Source of the DNA: Phycisphaerae bacterium | GTDB taxonomy: Bacteria > Planctomycetota > Phycisphaerae > UBA1845 | Direction: 5' to 3' | Assembly (NCBI GenBank): GCA_963666835.2 | Contig: CAXXGO010000006.1 | Coordinates: forward strand, 1,856,001 to 1,920,000 | Length of the DNA stretch: 64,000 nt | Part shown: piece after piece, positions 41,026-49,530 of the stretch | Layout: each line of letters starts with the position of its first letter | Position numbering within the stretch: position 1 is the first letter of the stretch | Position numbers and translations under genes: made by a program | Notes under the pieces: model-generated | Told to the model about the DNA's origin: nothing | Seen by the model: the letters and a program-made list of their open reading frames with translations, nothing else | The model's database searches: none

Positions 41026-41637
41026 ATGAAGTCGTCACCCAAACGTGTTATGCGTCTCGATAGCCCGCAACAGCAGGAAGCCCTGACCTCGCCGGTGCGT
41101 ATCGAGATCATCGAGCGCCTGCAAGGCGACGGGCCGTCCTCGATTGCTGACATTGCCCGTAAAATGGATCGCTCGGCCGCATCGTTGTATCACCACATCC
41201 GTAAGTTGTTTGCCGCGGGCGTCGTTATCGAGAAAGGGCGACGGCGGGCGGGAAGGCGCTGGGAGACAATCTACGAACTGGCGGCCCCGCGCATTCACAT
41301 GGACCTTGACCAGTCGTCTGAGCGCAATATCCGCTGCTACCGACGGTCGGCCGGCGCCTTACTCCGCCTGACCGATCGCAACTTCGCGGATGCCGTTCAG
41401 TTCGGTCGGCCCGTGACAACGGGTCGCTACCGGAACCTCCATGCCGGCGTGAAGAAAGCTCGCTTGACGAAAGGCGGATTGACGCGGGTCAATCGGCTCC
41501 TCGATGAGATCCACAGAATAATGTGTGAGGAAGACGCCCGCGGAGCGGGGCAGCTATGCGCGCTGACCACGGTACTTCTGCCACTACTCGACAATGACCA
41601 GCGAAAGAAGGAATCGAAATGCACGAGCAGACCATAA
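41026..41637 (+). CDS. ArsR-like winged-helix transcriptional regulator
   Basis: ALTSPVRIEIIERL...SIADIARKMDRSAASLYHHIRKL..AGVV. Confidence 0.88.
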   Translation: MKSSPKRVMRLDSPQQQEALTSPVRIEIIERLQGDGPSSIADIARKMDRSAASLYHHIRKLFAAGVVIEKGRRRAGRRWETIYELAAPRIHMDLDQSSERNIRCYRRSAGALLRLTDRNFADAVQFGRPVTTGRYRNLHAGVKKARLTKGGLTRVNRLLDEIHRIMCEEDARGAGQLCALTTVLLPLLDNDQRKKESKCTSRP

Positions 41638-43217
41638 GAACGAGTATATTCCGCATCATCGGCCGGCGCACTCTTCGGCGGATAGTCGCCGGACTAGCCG
41701 CAGCGATGGTTGCCGCCGCTGCCCGGGGCGACGTGTCGGAAGCGGAACTCGAAGCGGTTCTGGACCACGTCCGCGGTGCAACCGGATTCGCCCGCCTCGC
41801 GCAGCTAGACGACGGCCTTCTGCTCACGGGGGAGAAACGGCTCTACGGAACCGAAGGCACGTATCGAATGTTGTTCGGACCCGACGGCAGATTCGTAGCG
41901 GAGACCAAAGCACGCCTATCCTCGACTTTCGGCTTCGATGGTCAGGAGGCGTGGTCGGTGGATTGGAGCGGCCTGCCGAGTTCGCTCCAATTGGAGGACT
42001 CGGAAATGGCGTTGGCCCCGGCGTGGGTGTTCACGGGGCAATGGCTTGCCGACCCCGGGCCGTTTGCCATGAAGGTGAACACCGAGAAGACCGACGAGCG
42101 CAGTGTAGCACTCGACATGCGTCTTAGCGACGGAGCGCTTACGTGGCAACTGACCATCGATCGCCGGACCTGGCTACCGGCGAGCCTGTCGGTCGCCTCG
42201 AATGAGGGATCTGATACGTGGAAGTACACGGACTACCGCGATTTCAAAGGCGTCCGGGTTCCCTGCCGAGTAGACCGCGCAGGTGACTCCGGCGAAGCCG
42301 ACACCGTGAGGATCACCGATATTGCGACGCCTGCATCCTCTACCCGCGATCCATACGCGCGACCAACCAAACGACCGCACAACGTCCGTTTTAACGAAAG
42401 TGTCCCCGCCGAACTCGAGGTGAAAGTGACTCCTACAGGGCACATGCTGGTGCATCCGCGTGTTTCCGGTCGGGATGTCGGCTGGTTCATCTTCGATACT
42501 GGGGCAGGTGCTATGGTGATAACGCCAACGGTGGCCGACGCGATCGATATGCCCGCGTTCGGCGAAGTGACCGCCAGTGGCGTTGGCGGCCCGGTACAAA
42601 CCCGCTTCCGGCAAGGCGAGTCCTTTACCCTCGGGCGGGTGACCATCGACCGACCGGTCTACATAGAGCTCGACCTGTCCTTTCTGACGCCCCATTTCGG
42701 CGTCGAGGTTGCGGGGATTTGCGGATACGACCTCCTGGCCCGCGTCGTGGCGGAATTCGACCCGTTCGAGCGGAAGATCGCCCTGCTGGATCCGAAGTCA
42801 TACGTGCTGGCGCAGGCTGACTGGCAGGAGCTGTTCATGAACGAACGGCGCCCTCACGTCCGCGCCCGCTTCGAGGGTGAACGCGAGGGGGTGTTTCTGC
42901 TGGATACGGGTACGGCCAACACAGTCGTTTTCCGCGCTGCCGCGGTGAAACGTCTCGGCCTGCTCGAGAGTCGCCAGACAACGCCGAGCACCCGGGGAGG
43001 AGCCGGAGGCGTGAAAAGCGTGCGTTCCGGGACGATCGAGTGGTTTGAGCTGGCGGGGTATCGTTTTGAGCAGCCGGTTGTAGCATTCGGCTTGCCCGAT
43101 CAAGGAGCCACGTCCGGCTGTCGATCGCTCGGAACGATCGGCTTGGAGTTCCTGGCGCCGTTTGTCGTAGTGCTCAATTACCCCGACAAGAAGATCGGTT
43201 TCGTGAAGCGGTTATAG
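41619..43217 (+). CDS. Secreted double-domain retropepsin-like aspartyl protease
   Basis: Signal peptide; two catalytic motifs FIFDTGA and FLLDTGT, with GICGYDLL and GTIGLEFL; overlaps the regulator's 3' end. Confidence 0.85.
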   Translation: MHEQTIRTSIFRIIGRRTLRRIVAGLAAAMVAAAARGDVSEAELEAVLDHVRGATGFARLAQLDDGLLLTGEKRLYGTEGTYRMLFGPDGRFVAETKARLSSTFGFDGQEAWSVDWSGLPSSLQLEDSEMALAPAWVFTGQWLADPGPFAMKVNTEKTDERSVALDMRLSDGALTWQLTIDRRTWLPASLSVASNEGSDTWKYTDYRDFKGVRVPCRVDRAGDSGEADTVRITDIATPASSTRDPYARPTKRPHNVRFNESVPAELEVKVTPTGHMLVHPRVSGRDVGWFIFDTGAGAMVITPTVADAIDMPAFGEVTASGVGGPVQTRFRQGESFTLGRVTIDRPVYIELDLSFLTPHFGVEVAGICGYDLLARVVAEFDPFERKIALLDPKSYVLAQADWQELFMNERRPHVRARFEGEREGVFLLDTGTANTVVFRAAAVKRLGLLESRQTTPSTRGGAGGVKSVRSGTIEWFELAGYRFEQPVVAFGLPDQGATSGCRSLGTIGLEFLAPFVVVLNYPDKKIGFVKRL

Positions 43218-43254
43218 CAGGTTGCCTTCGCTCGTTTGACCGCCGGGTTGGGGG

Positions 43255-43357
43255 GGAATCGACACTCAAGTAGGGCGTGGTCGAGGCACCAGCCCTGTCA
43301 CCAGGGCGTACGCCACACGGGTGCCGCGGCAGGTCTCGTGCCTCGACCGTGCCCTAC
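43255..43357. repeat. 71-bp direct repeat, right copy, continuing into an inverted REP (REPIN-like doublet)
   Basis: GTAGGGCGTGGTCGAGGCAC... followed by GGCAGGTCTCGTGCCTCGACCGTGCCCTAC. Confidence 0.85.
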
Positions 43358-43378
43358 GGTCTATGATCGCTAGAACGT

Positions 43379-44971
43379 CTACGGTTGTTCGGTGGGCTTG
43401 GGCCGAGGTTCCAGGGTCGGTTCGGTGGGGGCGTTGGGGCTCGGTTCGGTCAGAGTGCCGATCAGAACGTCCGTGGGAGTGAGCCCCGGTACCAACTCGG
43501 GCACGGGCCGGGCGGGCTCGGCCAGCGGTAGCTCGCGAGTCAGGGCGAAGCGATAGAACTTGACCGCGTGTTCCTGAGCCAGCGTACCGGCCGTGCAGCC
43601 GGCGGCGGCTAAGATGAGGTCGGTCAGACTCGTAATCCGCACGGGGATATACGCCTGGACTACTTCAAGGACGGTCGCGATCACGACTCCGATGCTCGCG
43701 AGCGTAGCGGTGCGCTCAAACGTCGTCTTTCCGTGGAGCCGACTCCAGCAGGTGGCCAGCAGACCGGCGAAAAGGGCGTAGACGGCGAACTTCTCCATGA
43801 CGTCGTCTATCATCAAGTCGAATCTGGTGACGAAATACCCGAAGAAAGGCAGGAATGCCTGGGCTTGAATCGCGCCGGTCAGGCCGCCGGTGTCGGCGGC
43901 GAATGTCAAAGGAATGACACCCGTATAGCAGATGTACCCGAAAGTGAGAGCGCAGCCGACCGGCACAACGCGGTGCCATCGATCGGTTCCGGCGCCGCGG
44001 GCGCGGATGCTGCGGGGACTATCGTACGACGCGCGGGCGACCAAGCCGACAATCATGCCCAGCCAGCGGAACAGAATGTCGGTCACGTCGGCGGCGCGGG
44101 TAACGAGCGGAATCTGGATTACGCTAAGGACGATGGCCAGGCCCCCGCACAACCAGAGGGTCATGGCGAGGGTCCCGCTCCGGTTGAAGCGATAGTATCC
44201 ACGCAAAACCGGCTGCATTAACCAGACCAGAATGGCGAATGAAGCCGCCTCGGCTACCCAACGCGACCACTGCTTCAAGTTACGCCAACGAAAAAGGGCA
44301 TAAGCGTGGTTGTTGCCGACCTTGTGGGCGGTATCGGCGGCCGCCTCTAAGGCGGAGATATTACCGAACGGGACCACCGTCGTGGCCTTGACCGACTGTT
44401 TCAGCAGCCCGGCGTCGAACGAGAACGAAAAGGGCACGGCGGCCGCGAAGACGAGTAACCCGCAGAAGGTCTTGAGCAAGGCTACATGAGGACGCTCGTG
44501 GAACTCGCAAAGCGCCGCCCCGACCAGACGCGGAACGATAAACTGGGCCAGGGATGACAGGAGAATACCCAGCCCCGCCCCGAGGATGTTGCTGAACAGA
44601 TCGATAAGAGACGACACCCGCGACGGCGAGTACATCTGAAGCCACTCGATGCCGATGCTGAGCGCGGCGGAGGCGGCGAGGGTCAAAAGCGCCGCGCGGC
44701 CGCGGCGACGCATAGCGCGGTAGAGGCTCCAGTAGAGGAAGATCCCGATCGGCATATACATGAAGATATTGCTGAGGATATCGGGAAACGTATAGCGAGA
44801 AGTGGCGGTTCCGAAGAACTCCTGCTGAGGCGCCCCCGGGCGGATCTGGAAGAAGTCGAACGGAACCAGGCCCGTCTGGAGCACGAAAAGCACGGCGCAA
44901 CCGAGGAGCAGTTCGACGTAATGACGCAAGAGGAACTTGCCGGCGGGATGACGTAGCAGCGGCACGCTCAT
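43379..44971 (-). CDS. VanZ-family multi-pass membrane protein (repeated VanZ-like domains)
   Basis: DILSNIFMYMPIG, SIGIEWLQMYSPSRVSSLIDLFSNILGA, LEVVQAYIPVRITSLTDL. Confidence 0.85.
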   Translation of the reverse strand: MSVPLLRHPAGKFLLRHYVELLLGCAVLFVLQTGLVPFDFFQIRPGAPQQEFFGTATSRYTFPDILSNIFMYMPIGIFLYWSLYRAMRRRGRAALLTLAASAALSIGIEWLQMYSPSRVSSLIDLFSNILGAGLGILLSSLAQFIVPRLVGAALCEFHERPHVALLKTFCGLLVFAAAVPFSFSFDAGLLKQSVKATTVVPFGNISALEAAADTAHKVGNNHAYALFRWRNLKQWSRWVAEAASFAILVWLMQPVLRGYYRFNRSGTLAMTLWLCGGLAIVLSVIQIPLVTRAADVTDILFRWLGMIVGLVARASYDSPRSIRARGAGTDRWHRVVPVGCALTFGYICYTGVIPLTFAADTGGLTGAIQAQAFLPFFGYFVTRFDLMIDDVMEKFAVYALFAGLLATCWSRLHGKTTFERTATLASIGVVIATVLEVVQAYIPVRITSLTDLILAAAGCTAGTLAQEHAVKFYRFALTRELPLAEPARPVPELVPGLTPTDVLIGTLTEPSPNAPTEPTLEPRPKPTEQP

Positions 44972-45030
44972 CGATCACCGTTCAACAGCAACCAGGTTCT
45001 ACGCTCTCGGGCGTTGGGAGCGTGAGGGGA

Positions 45031-45807
45031 CTACCAGCCGGACCGGTGTTTCCGGGGCGGCCACTCGACCGGGCGGATCGGTCCCAAGGGAGTCCAGCCG
45101 TCCGGGGACTCCACACCGGCCGGTTCATCGCGGGCGATCAGCTCGCGAACGCACTGGTAAACGTGGCTTTCGAATTCCGCGCGAACCAGCGCCCGCGAGT
45201 CACTTTTCCAGAGATCAACCGGTTCACCCTTGCCGTCATCCTCGGGAGGAGGAATCGAGACCGCGTGGGCGTGTACGACGGCCAGGGGCTTACCCGCCTG
45301 CACATCGAGCAGGGCGCCGAACATCTCAGTTTCGTCTTCGGCCAGTTCGTTAACGGCGTAGATGAACCCGAGGCGGGCGTGCAAAGCGTCGAGGGCCGCG
45401 ATAACCAGCGGGGGGTCGGCTTCGGCCCCGCCGAGGTCGCGTTGGTCTACGGGAAATACCTCGCTAATCGCCATTTGATCGTCGAAGGCCGAGTTCCACC
45501 GGAGAAACTCGTTGCGGGGGTCGCGCAGGATCTGGCGGAACCGATTCGTGACTCCGTCGGTAGTGTCGTTCTCCTGCCGAATGGCCACCCGGGTGACACC
45601 GACGGATGCCGGGAACAACCCCTGCGTCGGGCTCGGATCGAGGATCCGATATCCGCTGTACGTGGGGGCTACGGCCGGGGGCAGCAGATCCGCCCAGTGG
45701 ACCTGCGGCGGCTGGACCCAAACCTCGACCTCCGGCTCTTTCGATGAACAGCCGGTCACGGACGCGACTGTTAAGACGCCGAGGACTGATACTCGAGCGC
45801 ACTTCAT
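45031..45807 (-). CDS. Hypothetical lipoprotein
   Basis: MKCARVSVLGVLTVASVTG-C lipobox; globular remainder. Confidence 0.65.
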   Translation of the reverse strand: MKCARVSVLGVLTVASVTGCSSKEPEVEVWVQPPQVHWADLLPPAVAPTYSGYRILDPSPTQGLFPASVGVTRVAIRQENDTTDGVTNRFRQILRDPRNEFLRWNSAFDDQMAISEVFPVDQRDLGGAEADPPLVIAALDALHARLGFIYAVNELAEDETEMFGALLDVQAGKPLAVVHAHAVSIPPPEDDGKGEPVDLWKSDSRALVRAEFESHVYQCVRELIARDEPAGVESPDGWTPLGPIRPVEWPPRKHRSGW

Positions 45808-46105
45808 TGCGATGTCTATTGATGATCTCATTATCAGTGGCATCCGCGCGGGCAGGATCGCCGCGACGATCCAAAGCCCCGTCATGATTCCACACACTCC
45901 ACGGAATTGGATATCGGGTCTTGCACCGGCCTACTGGTCCAAAAAAAGCGCCGACTCAATGTGTTTGATGCGGACCGCCGGGCCTGTGATAAGTTATCGG
46001 TCGTTGGTCGGCGGGAATTCACTCGACCGGCCGGATCCGTCCCAATAACTCACTTCGCGCGCGGCGGTTACCGATGGAGGAAACGGACCTTAGGAGAGGT
46101 TTGTC

Positions 46106-47599
46106 ATGAGTGCGGATAGCGTGGCAACCGCCGGCAGAAGGACGGTCGCGGCCGGTACGTTAGAGAAGCTGAGCGAGGCGAGCCGGACTGTGGGTGGTCC
46201 GGCCCTGAGATCCTCGTGGGAGCGCGTGGTTCACGTCATCGGACAGGCGTTGCTCAGCCTCCCCGCCTCGACCTGGCTTCTTCTTGATATCTCGATCCTG
46301 GCGACCGGAATCTACCTCGGTTACAGGCTGTTTCCCCCGCCGCAGATGCTGGCGACTCCGCACATCGTCCTTTGGCAAGCGGCCGCGGTGTTTGCATTCG
46401 TTGTTACGATGGCGAGCCTGGTTTTCGGGCTCTACGATCGCGACACCTTGATGAGCAGGTCGCGGATCCTCACGCGGATGTTGCTGACTTCGGGGACCGC
46501 GACGGTAGCAGCTTACGCGATCATCTATGTCATCATGTACGCCACGATCAGTCGGCGCGTGGCGGGCGTGGCGATCGGTGTGTTTCTGTTCAGTGGTGTC
46601 GGTATCCGCCTGTGTGCCTGCTGGGCGATCCACAAGGTTCATCGCGGCCTGCTGGTAGTCGGTGGGTCCGCCTTGTTCGAGTCGTTTGAGCGAGCTCAGG
46701 AGATCAACCTGCTTCCCGAATACCGCTTGGTTGGATATGTGACCCCCGACAGAAGATCCGACGAAACCGGCGGGGCGGCGTATCTCGGTACGCTCGGCGA
46801 CCAGCTTCCGCGGCTTGGGCAACTTCGGGTCACGGACATCGTGGTCGGGGCGGAAGCGGCGGGTGATCCGTGGGTAATGGACTGGGTGGTGCCCTGCCTG
46901 CAGCGCGGCTGCCGGGTTACGAATGAGGCGATATTCTACGAGAAGGCCACCGGGCAGATTCTCGTGGACGAAATCACTCCGTTGTGGTTCCTGTTCGCCG
47001 ACCTGAAAGCCCACTGCGACGAACACGCGACCCTAAAACGCGTATTCGATCTGATCGCCGCGCTGGTCGGGATCTGCCTGTCGACGCCGTTGTTACCGTT
47101 GATTGCTCTGGCGATCAAACTAGACAGCCGGGGCAAGGTCTTCTACTCGCATCAGCGCGTGGGGCAGAACGGCAAGGCGTTCAAGCTATATAAGTTCCGC
47201 ACGATGCATCCGAATGCGGAAAACGGCAAGAGCGTGTGGTCAGTGCCGAACGACCCAAGAGTGACACGGGTCGGGCGGTTTCTACGCCGGTGCCGGCTGG
47301 ATGAGTTGCCGCAATTCTACAACGTGTTGATTGGGAACATGTCTATCATAGGTCCGCGTCCCGAGCGGCCGGACATCGTTCGCAAGCTATCCAAAGAGCT
47401 TCCGTATTATGCCGAGCGTCATCTGGTCAAGCCGGGTATAACCGGATGGGCTCAAATTAGTTTCCGGTACGGTTCCTCGATCGAGGACGCCAAACGGAAA
47501 CTGCAGTTCGACCTGTACTACCTCAAACACATGTGCTTCGAGCTCGATCTGGTGATCCTGTTCAGAACGGTCGGGACCTTCCTACGCGGAGCGTGCTGA
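46106..47599 (+). CDS. Polyprenyl-phosphate glycosylphosphotransferase (initiating sugar transferase, WcaJ/exosortase-associated type)
   Basis: Four N-terminal TMs; KRVFDL, FKLYKFRTM, DPRVTRVGRFLR..RLDELPQ, GPRPERP, KPGITGWAQ, DLYY. Confidence 0.93.
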   Translation: MSADSVATAGRRTVAAGTLEKLSEASRTVGGPALRSSWERVVHVIGQALLSLPASTWLLLDISILATGIYLGYRLFPPPQMLATPHIVLWQAAAVFAFVVTMASLVFGLYDRDTLMSRSRILTRMLLTSGTATVAAYAIIYVIMYATISRRVAGVAIGVFLFSGVGIRLCACWAIHKVHRGLLVVGGSALFESFERAQEINLLPEYRLVGYVTPDRRSDETGGAAYLGTLGDQLPRLGQLRVTDIVVGAEAAGDPWVMDWVVPCLQRGCRVTNEAIFYEKATGQILVDEITPLWFLFADLKAHCDEHATLKRVFDLIAALVGICLSTPLLPLIALAIKLDSRGKVFYSHQRVGQNGKAFKLYKFRTMHPNAENGKSVWSVPNDPRVTRVGRFLRRCRLDELPQFYNVLIGNMSIIGPRPERPDIVRKLSKELPYYAERHLVKPGITGWAQISFRYGSSIEDAKRKLQFDLYYLKHMCFELDLVILFRTVGTFLRGAC

Positions 47600-47687
47600 T
47601 CCGCCCTCCACGGAACCGAGCCCCAACGCCCCTCCCGTCCCGAAGGGCCGGCGGACGGTTACCGGCATCGCGTGAGGACGGCAGCGA

Positions 47688-47739
47688 CCCGTAGGGCATG
47701 GTCGAGGTACGAGACCTGCCTCGACCGTGCCCTACGGGT
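47688..47739. repeat. Fused inverted REP pair forming a hairpin
   Basis: ACCCGTAGGGCATGGTCGAGG-TACGAGACCTG-CCTCGACCGTGCCCTACGGGT. Confidence 0.8.
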
Positions 47740-47782
47740 TTGCGAGCCCGGTCGCCGTGCGATACGTTCTCAATGGAATTCC

Positions 47783-47811
47783 TTGACTTCTTGCCTTCGT
47801 TCCAATAACAT
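47783..47811 (+). promoter_or_regulatory. Sigma70-type promoter
   Basis: TTGACT (47783-88), 17 bp, TAACAT (47806-11); ~260 nt upstream of the FGE-fold gene. Confidence 0.55.
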
Positions 47812-48077
47812 GAGTCATGTGGAATACGGGGTACCACTCATGCTCGGAATCCGTCCTGCTGAACACCGGAGAGACGACGCGCGCAGGCCGTGCCGGTCAT
47901 CGAAGGTCCTCCCCCCTACCAAGGGGAACCGGGGGGTGTATTCCGACGGAGAAGAGCCTCTCGGGAACCCTTCTCGGCGCGCCGGGATCTTCGGCATTGG
48001 CGAAGGAGGGGAGGACGTGACGCGACTACCCCTTAGGAAACGGCATTGAATCCAGAGTAGAGCAAGGAGCGAGTCCC

Positions 48078-49196
48078 ATGCGTAACAGTCCGATCATGTC
48101 GGTTATGTTGGTGTTGTTGTGTGCCGGCACCGGTTTCGCTCAGCTCAATTTTTCGCGGTTCCCGGAGTGCATGGGTGGTCCGGGCGGAGACCTGGGGCCG
48201 GGCTGCGCCCTGTTCCAAATGGACGGCGACGCAGATGTCGATCTCGCCGACTTTGCCCGGTTCCAATTGGTTTATGACGCTCCCCCGGTCGGCATGGCGC
48301 TAATCCCGGCCGGGGAGTTCGAAATGGGTGCCATCTTTGAAGAAGCAAGACCCGAGGAGCTGCCGGTCCACTCGGTGTATGTGAGCGCCTTCTACATGGA
48401 CCGGTGTAAGGTGACCAACCGGCAATACGCCGACGCCCTGAACTGGGCCAATGATCAAGGCGACCTCATTACTGTCATCGGTCACAGAGTGTTCAGGGCC
48501 AACAGCGGGACCGACTACCCTTACTGTTCCGCGCTATCCGGCGCCGACCACTTCCAGATCACATGGGACGGAGACGCGTTCGGCGTAGTTCCCGGTAGAG
48601 AGGATCACCCCATGGTAAAAGCAACTTGGTACGGTGCCGTGGCGTACGCGAATTGGCGCAGCGGGATGGAGGGCAAGCCCCTGGCTTACGATCTATCGAC
48701 GTGGGAATGCAGTTTCGGCAGTGGCTACCGATTACCGACCGAGGCGGAATGGGAGAAGGCTGCCCGAGGCGGCGAAGAAGAGCAGCGTTTTCCATGGGGC
48801 GACCTGATCAATCACACTCACGCCAACTATGTGGCGTGCGGGGATTGGTACCCCTACGACGACAGCGGCCTAGGTTCGCCCACTTTTCATCCTGAGTTCG
48901 ATATGGTGGCATTTGCCTACACCAATCCGGTGGATTACTTTCCGGCGAACGGCTACGGCCTGCGCGACATGGCCGGGAATGCCTATGATTGGTGCAATGA
49001 CTGGTACAACGCCTCATATTACGAGGCTTCCCCTTACGTTAACCCGCACGGCCCAGCAAATGGACAGGATCGAGTTCTTCGCGGCGGTAGCTGGAACAAT
49101 TTTGCGCCGGCGTGCCGGTCGGCCTGCCGCTACGCCACTTTGCCTGTTTATCTGAATGAGCGGTTCGGATTCCGCTTGGTGTTGGACTCACATTAG
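48078..49196 (+). CDS. Secreted FGE-sulfatase (SUMF1/EgtB/PvdO, CLec-fold) domain protein with an N-terminal dockerin-like motif
   Basis: Signal peptide, DGDADVDLADFARFQ, IPAGEFEMG, RLPTEAEWEKAARGG, NGYGLRDMAGN, RVLRGGSW, GFRLV; AAGGAG RBS. Confidence 0.92.
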   Translation: MRNSPIMSVMLVLLCAGTGFAQLNFSRFPECMGGPGGDLGPGCALFQMDGDADVDLADFARFQLVYDAPPVGMALIPAGEFEMGAIFEEARPEELPVHSVYVSAFYMDRCKVTNRQYADALNWANDQGDLITVIGHRVFRANSGTDYPYCSALSGADHFQITWDGDAFGVVPGREDHPMVKATWYGAVAYANWRSGMEGKPLAYDLSTWECSFGSGYRLPTEAEWEKAARGGEEEQRFPWGDLINHTHANYVACGDWYPYDDSGLGSPTFHPEFDMVAFAYTNPVDYFPANGYGLRDMAGNAYDWCNDWYNASYYEASPYVNPHGPANGQDRVLRGGSWNNFAPACRSACRYATLPVYLNERFGFRLVLDSH

Positions 49197-49289
49197 CTCT
49201 TGACCATTTGTTCCTCGGTTGCCGTGGAGCCCCGGGCGCATGCCGCGACCTTGGTCTCTTACGCCCTCTCTCGTTTCTTGCCGGGTGCC

Positions 49290-49530
49290 GGGTGCCATGG
49301 TCCACGCTTGCGTGGCCATGAAGACCTCTGCGCAACGTGCGCAGAGCCGTAGGGCATGGTCGAGGAACGAGACCTGCCGCGATCGCTTCGCAACGCGCGC
49401 CTTGGTGGGCGGGTGCCATGGTCCACGCTTGCGTGGCCATGCAGACCTCTGCGCGACGTGCGCAGAGCCGTAGGGCATGGTCGAGGTACGAGACCTGCCG
49501 CGATCACTGCGCGACGCGCCTTGGTGGCAG
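49290..49530. repeat. Two tandem 121-bp units, each with the palindrome CATGGTCCACGCTTGCGTGGCCATG plus a GTAGGGCATGGTCGAGG REP
   Basis: GGGTGCCATGG at 49290 and 49411. Confidence 0.88.

Noticed and set aside
49070..49196. Diversity-generating retroelement target region in the CLec/FGE C-terminus
   Set aside because: No reverse transcriptase or template-repeat copy is seen in the window, and many codons at variable positions end in G rather than being AAY-derived; a remote DGR cannot be excluded
48078..49196. Catalytic formylglycine-generating enzyme
   Set aside because: Lacks the RGGS.LC...YC active-site cysteine pair; only the fold is supported
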